A stretch of 55,609 nt of DNA from Gemmatimonadales bacterium (GTDB lineage: Bacteria; Gemmatimonadota; Gemmatimonadetes; Gemmatimonadales; GWC2-71-9): contig JANNSC010000095.1 of NCBI GenBank assembly GCA_031402135.1, forward strand, positions 1 through 55,609, written 5' to 3'. The notes beneath the pieces are model-generated. The model was not told the DNA's origin. It did not search any database and saw only the letters and a list, made by a program, of their open reading frames with translations. The position numbers and the translations under genes are program-made. Below are positions 8,708-18,048 of the stretch, one piece after another. Position 1 is the first letter of the stretch, and every line of letters starts with the position of its first letter.

Positions 8708-9949
8708 TCAGATCGGTGGGAGCTGGGGACTGCCCGAAGCCGACAGCATCTGCTCAAACCGCAGCAATTCTCTCTCGAATAACGGTAGCAACGACTTTTC
8801 CAGAGGCTTCCCGCTTCCCAAATCCACCCGCCGGGCGTCCCGTGGGGCACCGTTGACCCGAAATTCGTAATGCAGGTGCGGGGCGGTGGAGAGGCCGGTG
8901 GAGCCGACGTACCCAATGACATCCCCCTGGCCCACTCGCGTCCCGACGCGTATCCCCCGAGCAAATGACCGAAGGTGGCCGTACCGCGTGGTAATTCCAT
9001 TGATGTGGCGCAACTCCACCAGGTTGCCGTACCCACCGGACCAACCGGCGGTCCGGACGGTGCCGTCTCCCGCAGCGAGCACCGGTGTGCCACTCCCGGC
9101 AGCGTAGTCGGTCCCTGCATGCCGTCGCCAGATTCCCAGCACCGGGTGGAAACGGGAGCGGGAGAACGATGAGGAAACTCGGCGAAACTCGACCGGCGCC
9201 CGGAGGAACGCCCGTCGGAGCGAATTCCCCTTGGCGTCGTAAAAGCGGACCAAACCGTCCTCGTGGGTGAACCGGAACGCCGTCTGGTGTTTCCCCGACA
9301 CCAGCAGGCTGGCTGCCAGGACGCCACCTAGGCGGAGCTCACCCTCCTCGGAGACTTCCCGCTGCAGCACCACGCGGAAGCTGTCTCCGGGCTGGATATC
9401 CCGATTGAAATCAATGGACCAGGCGTAAATATCAGAGAGATCCCAAGCGAGCCGGACCCGGTTGCCAGGGTCGAGGACGGTGTCGGCAATCCGGCCATCG
9501 AGCGCCTCATAGAGCGAATTGTCGATGGGACCCTCGACCCGGACCACCTCGTTGGTCCACGACACCAGCTTCCGTTCCGCCGTCCAGGCTTCGCCGACTC
9601 GGCGTGCGGACAGTCGCTCGTCCGGAGTGGTCCGCATGGAGATGCCGCTGGGGAGCGAGTCGCCGACCCGGCGGCGGAACTCCACCACCAACCCGGCGTG
9701 GAGCCGTCGGGGATCAAGGCCGGTGCGCTGGAACATTGCGACCAGATCGAGGGACGCCAGGCCGTGCCGGTCGAAGATGTCGCTGAGGGTCTGGCCGCTG
9801 TGGAGGGTGTCCGAGAAGTTCTGCCACGCGGTGGTAACGATGATTGGGGGCGCCTCGTCGAGCCGCCGCCACGGCCACCGGCCGGTGACGGCCAGGACCA
9901 CGGCGGCGGCAATGACTCCGAGCGCAAGCGCGACCCGGAGCAGGCGCAT
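8708..9949 (-). CDS. M23 family metallopeptidase (murein endopeptidase-like), N-terminal membrane anchor
   Basis: Start at MRLLRVALALGVIAAAVVLAV (ATG 9947..9949) gives a TGATG overlap with the ftsZ stop. Motifs: HAGTDYAA...GYGNLVELRH...GSTGLSTAPHLHYE (HxxxD / HxH of M23). Confidence 0.9.
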   Translation of the reverse strand: MRLLRVALALGVIAAAVVLAVTGRWPWRRLDEAPPIIVTTAWQNFSDTLHSGQTLSDIFDRHGLASLDLVAMFQRTGLDPRRLHAGLVVEFRRRVGDSLPSGISMRTTPDERLSARRVGEAWTAERKLVSWTNEVVRVEGPIDNSLYEALDGRIADTVLDPGNRVRLAWDLSDIYAWSIDFNRDIQPGDSFRVVLQREVSEEGELRLGGVLAASLLVSGKHQTAFRFTHEDGLVRFYDAKGNSLRRAFLRAPVEFRRVSSSFSRSRFHPVLGIWRRHAGTDYAAGSGTPVLAAGDGTVRTAGWSGGYGNLVELRHINGITTRYGHLRSFARGIRVGTRVGQGDVIGYVGSTGLSTAPHLHYEFRVNGAPRDARRVDLGSGKPLEKSLLPLFERELLRFEQMLSASGSPQLPPI

Positions 9950-11133
9950 CAGTCCATCTGGCGCCGGATGAAGGTGGGAATTTCCATGTCCGACACTTCG
10001 GGTGACCCGGTGGCGCTTTTGGGCCCGCCGGCCCGCGGAGCCACGGTGCGTGGACTGGATACCGTAGTGCCACCGGTCGGAGTACCCCCAACCATTCCGC
10101 CACCCGCCACCGCCCGCTTCTTCTCGGGGAATTGGAGCACCCCATTCCCCCTCATCGGCTGCTGCTCTCCAGTAATGGCACGATCGAAGCCGGTGGCAAT
10201 GACCGTCACCCGGATTTCTCCCTCCAGCGACTTGTCGGTGCACGACCCGAAGATGATCTCGGCCTGATCGCCCGCCGCATCGTGGATGATTTCCGAGATC
10301 TGGGTGACCTCGCCCATGGTGATGTCGCTGCTGCTGATATTGATCAGCACACCGCTGGCGCCGGAAATCGAGATGTTGTCGAGCAGCGGACTCGAGATGG
10401 CCTGCTGGGCCGCTTCGAGGGCGCGATTTTCCCCCTTGCCGCTGCCGGTCCCCATGAGCGCCGAGCCACCGTTCTGCATGACAGTGCGCACATCGGCAAA
10501 ATCGACGTTGATGAGGCCGGTGCGGGTGATCAGGTCGGCAATGCCCTGGGTCGCGTTGAGGAGCACTACATCGGCCTTCTTGAGCGCATCCTCGAACTTG
10601 AAGCCTTTCCCCACCACCGCCATCAGGCGCTCGTTGGGAACCACAATCATGGTGTCTACACTCCGGCGCATTTCCATGATGCCGGTTTCGGCCTGCTTCA
10701 TCCGCTTTTGACCCTCGAAGAGAAACGGCTTGGTGACAATGCCGACGGTCAGCGCACCGATGTCCCGCGCCATTTGGGCGATGACCGGCGCTGCACCGGT
10801 GCCGGTGCCGCCACCCATCCCGCAGGTGACGAAGACCAGGTCGGCGCCCTGCATTGCGGCGAGCACCTCATCCCGGTTTTCCTCGATGGCCTGGCGCCCG
10901 ATTTCCGGCCGGGCCCCGGCGCCGAGTCCGCGGGTGTGCTTCTTGCCGATTTGCACCTTCATGTCCGATTTGGACTTGGTGAGTGCCTGGGCATCGGTGT
11001 TGACCGAGATGAATTCGACGCCGACGAGGCGTTCCTCGATCATGCGGTTGACAGCATTTCCACCGCCACCGCCGATGCCGACGACCTTCATGCGGGCGTG
11101 CTGGCCGTTGCTCTCTTCGAGTTCGAAAATCAT
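9949..11133 (-). CDS. ftsZ: cell division protein FtsZ
   Basis: MIFELEESNGQHARMKVVGIGGGGGNAVNRM, GGGTGTGAAPVIA (tubulin signature), and a C-terminal conserved peptide DMEIPTFIRRQ. Start is 11133; the track alternative is 11175. Confidence 0.95.
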   Translation of the reverse strand: MIFELEESNGQHARMKVVGIGGGGGNAVNRMIEERLVGVEFISVNTDAQALTKSKSDMKVQIGKKHTRGLGAGARPEIGRQAIEENRDEVLAAMQGADLVFVTCGMGGGTGTGAAPVIAQMARDIGALTVGIVTKPFLFEGQKRMKQAETGIMEMRRSVDTMIVVPNERLMAVVGKGFKFEDALKKADVVLLNATQGIADLITRTGLINVDFADVRTVMQNGGSALMGTGSGKGENRALEAAQQAISSPLLDNISISGASGVLINISSSDITMGEVTQISEIIHDAAGDQAEIIFGSCTDKSLEGEIRVTVIATGFDRAITGEQQPMRGNGVLQFPEKKRAVAGGGMVGGTPTGGTTVSSPRTVAPRAGGPKSATGSPEVSDMEIPTFIRRQMD

Positions 11134-11153
11134 GGGAGGAGCCCCTCGCGTTC

Positions 11154-12407
11154 TCAGAAGAAGTCCTGAAGCCATCGTTTGACCGGTCCAAGCACCTTGT
11201 CCACCGCCGGAGATCGGCGGGCACCACCACCAAATCCGCCACTTGCCATCATTTGTTTGGCGCCATAGAAGAGCAGCCCGACCGGCACCACCATCCGGGG
11301 TGATTCGACACTGTCCACCAGCCCGGTCAACCCCTCACCGGGAGTGCCGACCCGCAGCGGCATGGCAAACACCTCACGACCCAGTTCCACAATGCCGGGA
11401 GCCTGCGCACCGCCGCCAGTGAGAATGATGCCAGCAGTGAGCCGCTGGCGGTACCCCGCCCGGCTGATTTCGTCGAGCGCCAATTCAAGCACTTCCTGAA
11501 GGCGCATGTGCATGATATGCGCGAGTACTCGGCGGTGGGCGGTACGGGCGCCCTGGCCCGGCGTTCCCGGCAGTTGGAATACGTCAGTCTCGGGCACCAA
11601 TGGCTCATAGGCTGCGCCAAATCGCTCCTTGAGGCGCTCGGCATCCTGTTGGGTCACCTGCAACCCCTGCATCACGTCGGCGGTGACATGGCCCCCGGCA
11701 AACATCGAGCTGGCGGTGTGGCGGATCTTCCCGCCGTAGAACACCGAGACGTTGGTGGAGCCGCCACCCATTTCCACGATGGCGCAGCCAAGTTCCCGTT
11801 CGTCGGGGGTCAGGACGGCAAGGGAGGCGGCAACCGGCTCCAGGACAAACTCCCCGACGTGATACCCGGCCTTTTCGACGCACTTGCGGAGGTTCTGGAC
11901 CGCGCTGGAGAGGACGGTGACGAGATAGACCTCGGCCTCGAGCCGGGAACCGGTCATCCCGATCGGTTCGGTGATGCCCTCCTGCTGGTCGATCAGGTAG
12001 TCCTGCGGGATGGCGTGGAGCAACTCGTGGTCCCGGCCGAACGAGATATTGCTCGCCACATCGTTGACCCGAGCGACGTCGGTGGTCCGGATTTCACTGC
12101 CAAGGACCGAGACCACGCCGTGGGAGCTCCGGGCGGCAATGTGCTCGCCGGCCACCCCGCAATAGACGGTGCCGACTTCAACACCGGCCATGGTCTGGGC
12201 GTCCTTCATTGCCTTGGCGATGGCTCGAGTAGTCTCCTCGATATCCCGCACCACCCCGCGGCGAATCCCCGGAGTCCGCTCCGTGGCGGCGCCGAGGATG
12301 CGCACTCTCGGTTCTCGGGCATCTCCGCTCACCTCGCCGATCAGGCCGACGACCTTGGTGGAGCCGAGGTCGAGCGCCGCTACCAGCCGCTGGTTCTGAT
12401 TGCTCAT
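11154..12407 (-). CDS. ftsA: cell division protein FtsA
   Basis: 417 aa, actin-like ATPase. LVAALDLGSTKVVGLIGE; ATGA overlap with the ftsQ stop. Confidence 0.93.
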   Translation of the reverse strand: MSNQNQRLVAALDLGSTKVVGLIGEVSGDAREPRVRILGAATERTPGIRRGVVRDIEETTRAIAKAMKDAQTMAGVEVGTVYCGVAGEHIAARSSHGVVSVLGSEIRTTDVARVNDVASNISFGRDHELLHAIPQDYLIDQQEGITEPIGMTGSRLEAEVYLVTVLSSAVQNLRKCVEKAGYHVGEFVLEPVAASLAVLTPDERELGCAIVEMGGGSTNVSVFYGGKIRHTASSMFAGGHVTADVMQGLQVTQQDAERLKERFGAAYEPLVPETDVFQLPGTPGQGARTAHRRVLAHIMHMRLQEVLELALDEISRAGYRQRLTAGIILTGGGAQAPGIVELGREVFAMPLRVGTPGEGLTGLVDSVESPRMVVPVGLLFYGAKQMMASGGFGGGARRSPAVDKVLGPVKRWLQDFF

Positions 12408-13075
12408 GCGCCGGCTCCCCGCACCACCACCCGGGAGGCAAACCGGGCGTCGAGTTCACGCCAGCTGCGCCCGCCCCGGGCCAGGTGGTCGGCCACCGCG
12501 GACAGGTCCCGAACCTCCGCGCTGGACACGCCGGCGCGGAACAGGATCCGGCCGGCGGCGACATCCAGCGCCACATCCTGGTGAACCCGGGTGGCTCGCT
12601 CGACCCGAGAAAAGAGCGCTGGGTCGGCCTCCCGAACCAGGGCCAATACGCCAGTCACCGCCGGATCGACGTCGGCCAGCGGAAGATCGGCGGCGGGTTT
12701 GGTGGGATTGAAAGGGAGTACCTGGCCGGACCCATCGAGCAGAACCAGCCGCCCGCTGCGCTCCGCCAGGGCGACCGGTTCGGCCTCCTGGAGCGTCACC
12801 CGGATGGTGCCGGGGATCCGCCGAGAGATGCGGACCGTGAGCACGCCGGGAATTGCCCGGGCCTTCTTTTCCAGCGGTGCGAGATCGTCGAAGATGCTGG
12901 CTCGGGAAGGCACCCCGATTGCCAGGGCCACCGAGGCGGGAGTCAGATAGCGGCCGCCCACCAGCTCCAGGCGACGGACCTCGAAGAAGGCGAGCGAGCG
13001 GAGCAGGCGGAACCCACCGGCCAGCAGCAGGAGGAGCACCCCGAGGGCGACGCCGCGCAGCAGGGCCGTCCTCAC
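12404..13075 (-). CDS. ftsQ: cell division protein FtsQ (POTRA domain)
   Basis: 223 aa with an N-terminal TM (GVALGVLLLLLAGG) followed by a POTRA-like region. It sits between murC and ftsA; GTGA overlap with the murC stop. Confidence 0.8.
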   Translation of the reverse strand: MRTALLRGVALGVLLLLLAGGFRLLRSLAFFEVRRLELVGGRYLTPASVALAIGVPSRASIFDDLAPLEKKARAIPGVLTVRISRRIPGTIRVTLQEAEPVALAERSGRLVLLDGSGQVLPFNPTKPAADLPLADVDPAVTGVLALVREADPALFSRVERATRVHQDVALDVAAGRILFRAGVSSAEVRDLSAVADHLARGGRSWRELDARFASRVVVRGAGA

Positions 13076-14445
13076 CGGGCCTCGAGCAACGCGCGGACCT
13101 CGCGCGCCAGGTGGGTGACATCCCCCGCACCGAGGGTCACGAGGAGGTCACCGGGGTGGAGCATCTCCATAACACGCCGACCCAACGCCTTCCGATCCGG
13201 CTCATAGACCACCGCGGTGGAGGTGGCCCGCGCCGCGTCGGCAACCAGTTGACCGGTCACGCCGGGCAGGGGCTGTTCCCGGGCGCCATACACATCGGTG
13301 ACCACGGCGAGATCGGCGGCGCCGAGCGCCCGGCCCATTGCCGCATGGTGCTCCGCGGTGCGCGAATACAGATGGGGCTGAAAGACCGCCACCAACCGGC
13401 GATCGGGAAACGCCTGCCGGGCCGCCGCGAGGGTAGCACTGAGTTCGGTGGGATGGTGGGCGTAGTCGTCCACGATTTCGACCCCTGCCACCATTCCCAG
13501 CCGATCAAAACGACGGCCCACGCCGGTAAACTGCGCCAGGGCAAGTGCGGCAGGGGCCGGATCTCCCCCGAGTGCCAGCACCACGCCCAGCGCAGCGGTG
13601 GCGTTGCGGAGATTGTGCAGTCCGGGAACTTGCAAGTGCAGCGCAACGGTGCCCCGACCGGGGAGGGTAATCGTCGCGCGGGTGCCCGAAACATCGGCGA
13701 TGATGCCATCCACCCGAAGATCCAGCGCTCCGGGGCCGAAGCGCCAGGTGGCCGCCGGAACAAGCCTCCGGGCCACCCTGTCAGCCCCGGGGGAGTCGTT
13801 CCCCACCAGGGCTCGGCTGGCGCGGGACGCAAAGGTCACGAAGGCACCTTCCAGCGCCTCGAGCGACCCGTAGCATTCCAGATGATCGGATTCAACGTTG
13901 TTCACCACCGCGATGGTCGGATGGAGGGTAAGAAATGCCTGATCGTATTCGTCCGCTTCCACCACAAAAAGATCGTCACCGCCGAGGCGAGCATTGCCGC
14001 CCCACGCTTCAACCCGGCCCCCGGCAATTCCGGTGACTGGAAACCCAGCTGCGGCGACCGCCTCGGTGGTCATGACGGTTGTCGTCGTTTTTCCATGGGT
14101 GCCGGCGATCCCGATGGAGCGAGCTTTTCCGATCAGTCCGGCCAGCGCGTCCTTTCGCGGCACGATGGGCAGCCCCCGCGACCGCGCCGCCTCGACTTCA
14201 ACATGACCGGGCGGAATTGCGGCGCTCACCACCAGCGCGCGGGCGTTGCCAACGTGAGACGCGGCGTGCCCTGCGTAAACCTCTGCACCGGCGGCGCGCA
14301 GGTCAGCGGCGCCAGAGATGTCTATATCCGAGCCACTTACCGCCAACCCCCGCTTCAGGGCAATCAGAGCCAACGCGCTCATCCCCGCACCACCGATCCC
14401 GACGAAGTGGAGCGGTCGCGGGTCGGAGGGGAGAAAGAGGTTCAT
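13072..14445 (-). CDS. murC: UDP-N-acetylmuramate--L-alanine ligase MurC
   Basis: HFVGIGGAGMSALA, GTHGKTTTT, Mur ligase middle and C domains. Start ATG 14445 (alternative GTG 14472). Confidence 0.93.
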   Translation of the reverse strand: MNLFLPSDPRPLHFVGIGGAGMSALALIALKRGLAVSGSDIDISGAADLRAAGAEVYAGHAASHVGNARALVVSAAIPPGHVEVEAARSRGLPIVPRKDALAGLIGKARSIGIAGTHGKTTTTVMTTEAVAAAGFPVTGIAGGRVEAWGGNARLGGDDLFVVEADEYDQAFLTLHPTIAVVNNVESDHLECYGSLEALEGAFVTFASRASRALVGNDSPGADRVARRLVPAATWRFGPGALDLRVDGIIADVSGTRATITLPGRGTVALHLQVPGLHNLRNATAALGVVLALGGDPAPAALALAQFTGVGRRFDRLGMVAGVEIVDDYAHHPTELSATLAAARQAFPDRRLVAVFQPHLYSRTAEHHAAMGRALGAADLAVVTDVYGAREQPLPGVTGQLVADAARATSTAVVYEPDRKALGRRVMEMLHPGDLLVTLGAGDVTHLAREVRALLEAR

Positions 14446-14494
14446 GACGGATGGTCTAATGTATAACAGCACCGCAACTTGGGAAAGCCCGGAG

Positions 14495-15601
14495 CTACAC
14501 CGAAAGGATCCCGATACGCTCCGAAATCCGGGCCACTGCCTCGGGACGGCCCCGGGAGCGAGCCGCGGCTGCCATGGTGGCCAGGCGGTCGGGGGCTCCC
14601 AGGAGGTTGGTCAGTATCTCGGCCAATTCGGGGCCCGCCAGGGCTGCCTCGGGGAGGTGAATCGCCGCGCCCACCCCGGACAAGACCGTGGCATTGGGGG
14701 TTTGGTGATCGGCAGCGGCGCTGGGAAGCGGAATCAGAATGGAGGGAACTCCCCAGGCGCACAGCTCTGCAATGGTCATCATTCCCGCCCGGGACACCGC
14801 CAAGCTGGCGACGGCGTAGGCGTGCGCCATCGGATCGAGAAAATCGAAGAGCTGAACCGCCGGGGGCCGATGGTAGCGCTGGAACTGCTGGTAGGTGGTG
14901 CGGCCGGTGGCCCAGATGACCTGGACGTCCTTCCCGCCACCGGCGTCAAGCCAACCGGCGATGGCGGTGTTGATTGCCAGTGCGCCCTGACTCCCACCGG
15001 TGACCAGGAGCACCGGACGCGACGGATCGAGCCCAAACCGGCGGAGTGCTTCGGCCCGGAGGGCATGATCCGGTGGGGCAATCGGGTTGCCGGTGACGAT
15101 CACCTCGGTTTGGGGACCCGCTGCAAGGTGGCGACGGGCCTCGGGGACACCCAGCCAGATCTCCCGAACCGATCGGGCGAGCCAGCGGGTTACCAGTCCG
15201 GGGTAGGCGTTCTGCTCCTGGAGCGCGGTGGGAATGCCTCGTCGCACGGCCCGCCACAGCACCGGACCCGCTGCGTAGCCTCCGGTGCCGATGACCAGCG
15301 CCGGACGCTCCTGATCGAGGACCCGGTTCACTTCCCGAACCAGCCGCGGCACCAGAAACGGCCAGCGGAAGTTCTTCCACCACTGCCGCCGGTATATCGG
15401 CTCAGCCGGCAACAGGTGAAAGGGGAAGTCGCGGGTGGGGAGCAGGGTGGCCTCGACGCCGCGGGTAGCGCCCACCAATACCACGCGCCAGTCGGGGTGC
15501 CGGCGTCGGACCTCCGTGGCAATCGCCAAAGCCGGCATCAAGTGCCCGCCGGTGCCTCCCCCCGCAATGAGGATGGTGACGGGAGCCGAGGCTCTGGTCA
15601 C
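14495..15601 (-). CDS. murG: undecaprenyldiphospho-muramoylpentapeptide beta-N-acetylglucosaminyltransferase MurG
   Basis: IAGGGTGGHLMPALA N-terminal glycine loop; 368 aa; GTGA overlap with the ftsW stop. Confidence 0.93.
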   Translation of the reverse strand: MTRASAPVTILIAGGGTGGHLMPALAIATEVRRRHPDWRVVLVGATRGVEATLLPTRDFPFHLLPAEPIYRRQWWKNFRWPFLVPRLVREVNRVLDQERPALVIGTGGYAAGPVLWRAVRRGIPTALQEQNAYPGLVTRWLARSVREIWLGVPEARRHLAAGPQTEVIVTGNPIAPPDHALRAEALRRFGLDPSRPVLLVTGGSQGALAINTAIAGWLDAGGGKDVQVIWATGRTTYQQFQRYHRPPAVQLFDFLDPMAHAYAVASLAVSRAGMMTIAELCAWGVPSILIPLPSAAADHQTPNATVLSGVGAAIHLPEAALAGPELAEILTNLLGAPDRLATMAAAARSRGRPEAVARISERIGILSV

Positions 15602-16719
15602 TGTTTGACCGGCCTGCCTCTTGCCCTCCCGATATTGACCACCACCGCCACCGAGAGCAGCGCGATCAGCAGCCCGGAGCGTCCGTGCGACATGAACGGC
15701 AGGCCCAATCCTGTGGTCGGCATCAGGTCAAGATTGACCGCCGCATGCAACGAGGCGGAGAGCGCCACGGTCGCCGTTAATCCTGCCGCGAGATATTGGC
15801 CGAAGGGATCCGGGGCCGTCTTGGCGATGCGGAACCCCAGCCAGCAAAAGGTGGCAAACAACGCAATGACGACCGTCACCCCGAGGAATCCCCATTCTTC
15901 GCCGATGGTGCTGAACAGAAAATCGGAATAGGCATAGGGGACGTAGCGCATTTTGATTTGACCCTGGCCAAAACCGACCCCGAAGGGTCCGCCTGACCCG
16001 AAGCCGATCAGCGCCTGGTTGAGCTGCCGCCCCCCTTCGCCACAGGACGTCGGCTCCAGGAAACACTTGAGCCGATCCAGGCGATAGGCCTCGGCCCAGA
16101 TCAGGGACACCCCGCCAAACAGCCCCGCCACGCCGAGCAGCAGGAAATGCCCGATCTTGGCGCCGGCGGTGAAGAGCACCACCCCGCCGGAGAGGGCAAC
16201 CAGAGCGGCCATCGAGAGATTCGGTTGCAGCAGGATCAGCAGGGACACCAGGCCGAACACCAGCAAGAATGGTGTTACCCCGGTCTTGAAGCCGCGCACC
16301 GCAGCACCCTTCTTGGCAGCCAGCATCGCGGCCCACACCACCACGGCAAATCGGGCCAGCTCAGAGGCCTGAAACTGGACCGGCCCGAGGCGGATCCAGC
16401 GGTGCGCGCCATTGATCCTGGGCGCGACTCCCGGTATGCGGAAGGCCAGCATCAGCAGGAGCAGGATCGAAAGGAACAAGATCGGCCAGGCGGCCTTCCG
16501 CCAAATGTGGTAGTCCACCCGGGAGACCACGCTCAGCACCAGCGCACCAACCACCGCGCCGATCAGTTGATCGAGAAACTTCCCGGTCGAGTCGCGCTCC
16601 ATGGTGGCGGCGGCGTAGAGGCTGGCAAGGCCGAAGACGGTGAGAATGGCCGTGACCATTACCAGGAGCCGAGTTTCCCAGCGCAACTCCCCCGGGTGCA
16701 TGGCGGCGGGTGTGCTCAC
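15598..16719 (-). CDS. ftsW: SEDS-family peptidoglycan polymerase FtsW
   Basis: 373 aa polytopic membrane protein. SDFLFSTIGEEWGF and GLPFMSHGRSGLL are SEDS motifs; dcw position between murD and murG. Confidence 0.9.
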   Translation of the reverse strand: MSTPAAMHPGELRWETRLLVMVTAILTVFGLASLYAAATMERDSTGKFLDQLIGAVVGALVLSVVSRVDYHIWRKAAWPILFLSILLLLMLAFRIPGVAPRINGAHRWIRLGPVQFQASELARFAVVVWAAMLAAKKGAAVRGFKTGVTPFLLVFGLVSLLILLQPNLSMAALVALSGGVVLFTAGAKIGHFLLLGVAGLFGGVSLIWAEAYRLDRLKCFLEPTSCGEGGRQLNQALIGFGSGGPFGVGFGQGQIKMRYVPYAYSDFLFSTIGEEWGFLGVTVVIALFATFCWLGFRIAKTAPDPFGQYLAAGLTATVALSASLHAAVNLDLMPTTGLGLPFMSHGRSGLLIALLSVAVVVNIGRARGRPVKQ

Positions 16720-18048
16720 CAGCCCTCCACGATCTCGCGGAAGCGCTGTCCCCGTTCTTCATAGTTCTTGAACATGTCGTAACTCGAACAGGCGGGAGAA
16801 AGGAGCACCACGTCGCCGGGGCGCGCCACCGTTCGGGCCAGACCAATTACCGAGTCGAAATCCCCGGCCTCCTGGGGGACGATGCCGACGGCGCGGAGAT
16901 CCTGGGCAATAATCGGCTGGGCCTCTCCGTAGGCAATGACCGCCCGGCAACGTTCAGCGAGCAGCGGTGCCAGCCTGGTGTACGGCTCACCCTTGTGCCG
17001 ACCGCCCAGCAACAGCACACAGGGCCGGGTCACGGCGGCGAGCGCAACCTGCGCGGCGGTGACGTTGGTTGCCTTCGAATCATTGATCCAGAGCACGCCG
17101 TCGACCTCCCGCACCGCCTCCATCCGATGGGCCAGCGCGGTGAAGCTCCGGACGCCGGCCGCGATCTGGTTGTGGGGGACACCGGCGGCGGCCACGGCAA
17201 GGGCGGCAGCGAGTGCGTTGGCGACATTGTGATCGCCGAGGAGGGCGAGTTCCGCTCGGGGAAGCAGTTCCTCCCCCACCGAGGCGAAGGACTCCCCGCC
17301 CCCGGTCGAACCACCCGTCCGCTACCCCGACGACTGAAAAGCAAAGCTGCCGACCGGGCACCCCGCGCACCAGGTCACCCGATGCCGGATCGTCGGCGTT
17401 GGTCACCGACACCGAGGCGGCATCGGCGTGCTGGTAGATTCGACGCTTGTCGGCGTAATACTCATCAAGCATCGGATACCGGTCGAGGTGGTCGGGCGCC
17501 AGATTGGTCAGCACGCTGATGGTGGGCCGGATGGCGGTCATGTCGTGGAGCTGAAACGAGGAGAGCTCCACCGACAACCACTCCGGCGGCGCGGGAGCCA
17601 TCGCAATTTCGGAAACCGGCGTGCCGATGTTGCCCACCGCCTCCACGCTTCGACCGGCAGCGCGCAACAGATGTGCGATCAGCGCGGTGGTGGTGGTTTT
17701 TCCGTTGGTACCGGTCACCGCGATGTAGCGCACCCCGGAGAGTGCCTCCAACCCGAGATCCACCTCGGCTTGGATGGGCACTCCAGCCGCGCGGGCCGCG
17801 GCGATCGGTGGTGCGGTGGGCGGCACACCCGGTGACACGACACAGAGCGTCGCCTTTCCGATGCGCGGAAGGTCGTGACGACCCAGCTCCACGCTGGCAC
17901 CCAGTGAAGTCAATTCGAGTGCCACGCGATCCAGCGCCGGGGAATGCCCTGCGTCCGATGCATAGACCGACCGGCCCTGACGGCGGAGCAGCCGAGTTGC
18001 CGCGGCGCCGCTCCGGCCCAGGCCGATCACTGCGACCTCGGCGGTCAT
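16716..18048 (-). CDS. murD: UDP-N-acetylmuramoylalanine--D-glutamate ligase MurD, reading frame broken by one extra nucleotide (frameshifted; assembly error or pseudogene)
   Basis: The N-part (track ORF 17080..18135, true start ATG 18046..18048) reads AVIGLGRSGAAA...GTNGKTTTT...ADGWFDRGRGVLRLGG and then goes out of frame. The C-part (16716..17279) continues EELLPRAELALLGDHNVANALAA...WINDSKATN...LLSPACSSYDMFKNYEERG. Removing one C from the C5 run at 17273..17277 joins them into a 443-aa MurD. Confidence 0.9.

Noticed and set aside
8685-8716. Short hairpins (TCGGC-aaaca-GCCGA; CCGAT-gatcag-ATCGG) in the 23-nt convergent gap between the second ATP-grasp gene and the M23 peptidase gene
   Set aside because: The stems are only 5 bp, they partly overlap a stop codon, and there is no U-tract. 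This is too weak to call a bidirectional terminator.
17273-17277. Programmed ribosomal frameshift as the explanation for the split murD
   Set aside because: I see no slippery heptamer plus downstream structure typical of programmed -1 or +1 sites. A homopolymer indel error is the simpler explanation. It is kept as a finding because it needs read-level verification.
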